DNA of 63,279 bases, filler included, from Octopus bimaculoides (lineage: Eukaryota): NCBI RefSeq assembly GCF_001194135.2. It is 6 parts of 6 records of this genome, joined end to end, with 100 filler letters (N's around TTAATTAATTAA, not from the genome) between each part and the next. Parts side by side here need not be neighbours in the genome. Positions count along the whole stretch, not along the records: positions 51,035 to 61,680 come from NC_068986.1; positions 61,781 to 63,279 come from NW_026438754.1; 4 more parts are not named here. One strand, given 5' to 3'. Positions within the stretch are counted from its first letter, which is position 1. Every line of letters begins with the position of its first letter. Positions 58,411 through 63,279 of this stretch are shown one piece after another. The translations under genes were made by a program, and so were the position numbers. A model generated the notes under the pieces. That model did not search any database. It saw only the letters and a program-made list of their open reading frames with translations, and was not told the DNA's origin.

Positions 58411-61391
58411 GACCCTTTAATTTTGATCGCAATAAGAATTTGATAATACTATCTATGATCATAATAAACAACTTCCGCTTCCTTAGCAGTGGAAGTCGTT
58501 TTTGTAGTCCCTTTCACAGTAAGGGACTCACAAAAGATCGAGACAGACAAGGAGTGACTGTCTAGCAACAGTCATCTAGACTACGAACAAACCTCATAGG
58601 AAAGAATAGCTTATTTTTCGAGCCAGCGAATGAGATTTTCGAACTAACGCAAAATTTTACTCACATTCTAATTTGAAACCGTTCGCAGCTATATTTCTCC
58701 GTAAATACATAACAAAAAAAGTCAAAGCCTTAAGGCCCAAACAGTAATTTAATATAAGTTATTTAAGTTACTTTCAACACTGTTAAGGCATAAATGATTT
58801 TGTGTTAACAATAATGGTTATCTTATAACATTGAATTTAATCAAGGATGTGTGCAAACTGAAGACATAATCTTGTTCATCTTCCTGTTTTTGAAGATGAC
58901 TGAGGTTCAGAATTGACTTGTTTGTGTATGTCTACTCTGGTAATTTCGAAGCGAACTCATGAGCCTATCTAGGTCAGGAATCCTTTATCACATATAAGCC
59001 ACTTAGGAAAATATGCAGCATTCAGGTTATAGTATCTCTAGCGGAGTGAGTGTTTCATCTTAGTAGCAGTTATTTTGCTTATAAGTGGTTTTTGTGATTC
59101 TGGTTTCTTGAAGCATGAGCTGCACGACCTCATTCTTTTTTATGCTTACTGTATGGTCAAATTATCTCAAGGCTGTTGAAAACTGATCCCAGTATATTCT
59201 TCTCATTATCTGGTTTGAGAGAGCAGTCATCGGCGAAGAGAAAATCTCCGCGACAGCTTCAACTAGTCCACGTGAAAGGAAGGGTAACTCATCGAGGACT
59301 TCAAAAATTCCAATACCGTACACTTCTATTAAAGGGAAAGGAACTGCCGGTCACATAACAACGATAGATAAATGTCCCTGATTTGTCACCGACAAGATCG
59401 TGGCTCGTGTTCTGCTGGGAGATCTAGAGTAATGACTATTACCCAGAGGAAAGGCGTAAAAGCCACACATTTATTACAGCTAATTAAAATTTAGCGAATC
59501 ATTTCCCTATTTTTATTAAAGATTTTAAATAAATATTGAAAAGAGTATAACGTTAACCCTTTCTACAATGGCTTTCATTAATAGAAGAAAAGACTTGTTA
59601 ATATTTCTTCCTTTGCTGGAATAAAAATGGACAAATAAAAATTTTTTCATGGAAGTAAATAGAAAGTGAGTGATTCTTAGTTGTAATGATTCAATTGCAG
59701 TTTATACAAAGTACAATCTTAAACACGTAGTATTTGACTAAGCAAGGAGAGTCTGTTTTAAGAAGCTAGTATTTTTAAAAGAATCTTTAAGCAAACAACT
59801 ATCTACTCTCAAGAGAAATACCAATGAAATTACTTCCGTAACGCAAACAAGTTATGAAGTCTGTAAGTTAATTGTATAGAAAGTGAAACCAAATATTGAA
59901 AACAACTTCTTGTAATAGTGAATAATGTATTGTGTATAGTTGCTGCTGCGCGAATTTAATAGTCAGAAAATGTCAGATTGTTTGAGAATATTTGTTTATT
60001 AAGGTCAGTAATTTATGGCTATATAACAGACATAGTTAATAGTATTCAAATGTCTGTGAAACTAACAAGAACAGAGTTTATACTTAAGTCGATAGCTGAC
60101 GATGAGACAACAATTATGGTAAATGCCGTGCAGTTGGTTGTGTTTGTATGTGGAATAAGGGTACATTGCCGATGCACGAAAATTTACTTAATTTAACTTC
60201 AATATATGGGATTACTGCGGGCGGAGAAGTTTTAGCATAAGTTTTCAATTAACCCTACGAAAACTTAGTAACTTAGTTATGAACGGTAAATCATCTACAA
60301 CAGGTTTTCAAAGGGATTTTTTTAAAATAAAGAAACAATGAGAGGACCGTTAAATGGACCATAATAGCTTCATAGTATTCCAATATCTATACACCACCAA
60401 CATTCTCTAAAAATGAATATGATGAAAACGGTAACAAAGTCAATTGATTTCATTAAAAAATGAGACTGAACACAGAGAATTTTAATTAATTTTGAAGGAC
60501 TTCGCAACGGAATATGATGATGTGAAAATACTTTTGTGAGATTTGCTCGTTAAACAAAGGGCACGAACTTAACCATTTCTAACAGCTAAAAGATGAAGTG
60601 AAACTCTTCCTAAACGTTAAAGGCATTTCCAAAATGGAAATAAAGGACTGTAAATATGTATTATTGCTTTGCAATTTTGGGTCGGTTTCTTTCACCACAA
60701 ATTCGACAACAACGGCAAAGTATATCCTTCCCTGAGGAGGTCATAGTAAAACTAGAACATGCCTGGAATTTTCTCTCGTACCTCACGAAATAATTAAGAG
60801 AATATTAATCGTTCTTTTATTCTTTTCTTTCACTTGTTTCAGTCATTTGACTACGGCCGTGCTGGGGACCGCCTTGATTAATTTTTTCATTATGGCATAA
60901 ATATTTCTAGTCATCTTTATTTAATGTTATTATCATTAGTTCTGATCATCAAATCCTTCCATACTTTTAAACACAATTATGTGGCTAAATCCAGTAAACT
61001 GTATCACCTTTCAATGTTGAAGATGATGAAGAATTCAAAGGAAAAAGAAAGAAAATAGAGATATAGGCTTTCTTTACTATGCAAGTTAGATATTCGAAAT
61101 GGACTGTAAGGAGGTCTCAAAACTTTACAATAATCATTTCTGTAACGACCGGTTTAGAGTGGGCAACGGAAACCAGTGAAATTTCCTCAAATTGATCCTT
61201 TGGTCAAGAGGTGTACCTGAAGTTGTATCAACTGACGTCACTTTCAATGGTTCTTTTTTTAAAAAAAAGTGGTAAGAACAAAAAGAATAAATGATTTCTG
61301 TGAGCGTTCCACCTCTCACTCTCCCTCTAACTCCCTCTCCTTCTTTTTCTTTTTCTCTTTATATATATATACATACACACACACTTATATA

Positions 61392-61642
61392 TTGGGTTGG
61401 TGTATAATTATTGCGGCTGTTTTTCAACAAATTTTATTCACCAAAAACAATAACAACATGTAACAAAAACATCATTAAATGATTATTCCGGAGCATATTC
61501 ATCATCTACTTCAATTACTGCTTCCAATTTGTTTGGCTGACGGTCAGACCATCATTTAAAGATGTTTTTGTTAAATATTGTTCTTGTTTTTGCTGAATAA
61601 AATTTGTTGAAAAAAAGCCGCAATAATTATGTACCCACCCAA
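61392..61642 (-). mobile_element. Mariner-derived MITE (251 bp) with TA target duplication
   Basis: TIRs of about 50 bp, TTGGGTTGGTGTATAATTATTGCGGC... / ...GCCGCAATAATTATGTACCCACCCAA; TA on both sides; internal minus-strand peptide NKLEAVIEVDDEYAPE resembles a mariner C-terminus. Confidence 0.9.
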
Positions 61643-61823
61643 TAAACATACATTATATATATATGATGAATATAATGTATNNNNNNNNNNNNNNNNNNNN
61701 NNNNNNNNNNNNNNNNNNNNNNNNTTAATTAATTAANNNNNNNNNNNNNNNNNNNNNNNNNNNNNNNNNNNNNNNNNNNNATAGTGGGGTTGTGTTAACC
61801 GCATTCTGGCTTTTTTACATTTT

Positions 61824-61861
<38 letters not shown>

Positions 61862-62599
61862 AACCGTCGTCTGTGGTCCTGACGCCACACGCTATGCTAC
61901 TTGGTTTATTTTAAGAACAGTTGGAGTGAAAGAAATCGGTTTAAGTACATTCTTTATGTGATAAAAAAAGAAGAAAACTAACTGGTTAAAGATCATCAAA
62001 ATGTGGAGAGATTTCGCGTTTAAGAGACAAAAAACCTCATTGATAACTTCAAATATCTGTTGTGATAAACCAGCCAAAAACAAGATAAACAACTTAAGTG
62101 TTAAAATAGTTTAAACTGCGATGAAATTGTTTATAACAACAGTATCCTCATAGACGGAATACTATGTTTATCTGAGTGTTTTGTAGTGCTTGTGTGAAAA
62201 CGAAGACAATGCTTTAACCGTTTTCGAAATACTTAACTCAAGAGCCTCTCAAAACTATGCATCCGTGTTTACAGCTCCATTTGGTTCACCATTGTTAAAC
62301 CGCGCTCTCCCACCCTTTCTCCTTCCTACACTTTTACATCTATCTTTTCTTCCTCTCTTATTCATTATACTATTTTTTCAGTTTCTTCAACAAATTCTAA
62401 TCTATGTTAATATCTGTCTGCATGTATGCTTGTACATTATCTATGTGAATTAACAGTATATATATATAACCGCCTGTATTCAGAAACTACCAAACGAAAA
62501 CAAACCAGACGATGTATACATATTATTCGCTGTCTCACAGCGAAGACTTTTTTTGGCATACATTTTAAGAAATAGCGACCACACTTCTATCAAGCCAAG

Positions 62600-63279
62600 G
62601 TGGTGCTATTAAGGAAGGACCCGAACAAGGGGGACGAAATTGATAATTTTAGACCTATAACTCTGCTGAATACAGATTATAAGATTTTGGCCAGTGTCTT
62701 AGCGAAGAGGTTGGCGGTTGTCGGCGATAAGTTAGTTGGTGACGCGCAGACATGCGCTATCCCAAACAGAACTATCTACCACAGCCTTCACCTCACGCGC
62801 TATATCATAGAGAGGGTGGGCAAGAAACCTGGCATAGGTGGAGCCCTGACCAATTTGGATCAGTCGAAAGCTTTTGATAGGGTCGACCACCAATACTTGG
62901 AGGCTGTTCTCGCGGCAGCGGGTTTCGATTCCGTTTTCAGGAGCTGGATCGCTGCAATGTACAGCAGCGTCTGTTTGGTGGTCAAAGTAAATGGCCACCT
63001 TTCGGAATCGTTTATCATCGCACGCTCGGTCCGTCAAGGATGCCCACACTCGCCTTTTCTGTATGTACTGGCTCTCGAGCCATTGCTGCGGAAGCTGGAT
63101 GTTTCGAGGGGCATTCTGCGTCATCTAGGATGCAGAAGGTTCGTGTTGGCTTACACGGACGACGTCACTGTAATAGTGTTGGACATCTCGGAAATCGAGG
63201 TGATCGGCACTGCTCTAAGGGAGTACGAAGCGGTGACAAGAGCAAAGATCAACCAAGAGAAGTCGGTGGGCCTGCAGCT
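62600..63279 (+). mobile_element. Tx1/L1-clade LINE reverse transcriptase, 5'-truncated, open to the window end
   Basis: Stop-free frame: VVLLRKDPNKGDEIDNFRPITLLNTDYKILA...LDQSKAFDRVDHQYL...SVRQGCPHSPFLYVLALEPL...AYTDDVTV...AKINQEKS. Confidence 0.92.

Noticed and set aside
23142-61736. TTAATTAATTAA 12-mers between N-runs (23142, 36183, 40628, 50979, 61725)
   Set aside because: Identical motif always centred in a gap of about 100 N; it gives stops in all frames and looks like an assembly spacer, not biology.
229-62453. Most entries in the ORF track (poly-YI, VC, TH, MYVC, poly-N/Y/T/V, X-filled ORFs)
   Set aside because: They are translations of microsatellites or read-through across N gaps.
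11272-62613. Exact 16-nt match AGGTGGTGCTATTAAG between the CR1 3' UTR and the start of the Tx1 fragment
   Set aside because: About one such match is expected by chance in a window this size (rough estimate), and at 62.6 kb it is in-frame RT coding sequence.

Overview
Repeat-dense eukaryotic (animal) genomic DNA with many assembly gaps. The three SINE families and the very high TA/ATGT/CA/AAT microsatellite load point to an Octopus genome (inferred from remembered family sequences, not searched). There are no prokaryotic features, CRISPR arrays, rRNA genes or intact tRNA genes. Most of the window looks intronic: one convincing plus-strand coiled-coil coding exon (5742-5859) and a few weaker exon candidates. 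It also carries fragments of CR1-group, RTE and Tx1/L1 LINEs, three mariner-derived pieces, MITEs, a non-autonomous Helitron and a probable LTR. The most interesting signal is a Penelope-like element (PLE) / hammerhead-ribozyme system. (1) Three different PLE lineages are packed into 43.5-50.9 kb. One has an ordinary PLE N-terminus but a telomerase-like insertion of about 65-70 aa in the RT fingers. (2) Five hammerhead-like motifs are present: one near-canonical (15989-16044), variant minimal ones (17.5, 43.6 and 46.1 kb), and one whose core motifs and matching stems occur in a non-canonical order (23.2 kb). The 3' tail of one SINE family also mirrors the 3' stem-loop of the CR1-group LINE in the window. 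All protein and family assignments were made by eye and need HMM/BLAST confirmation.
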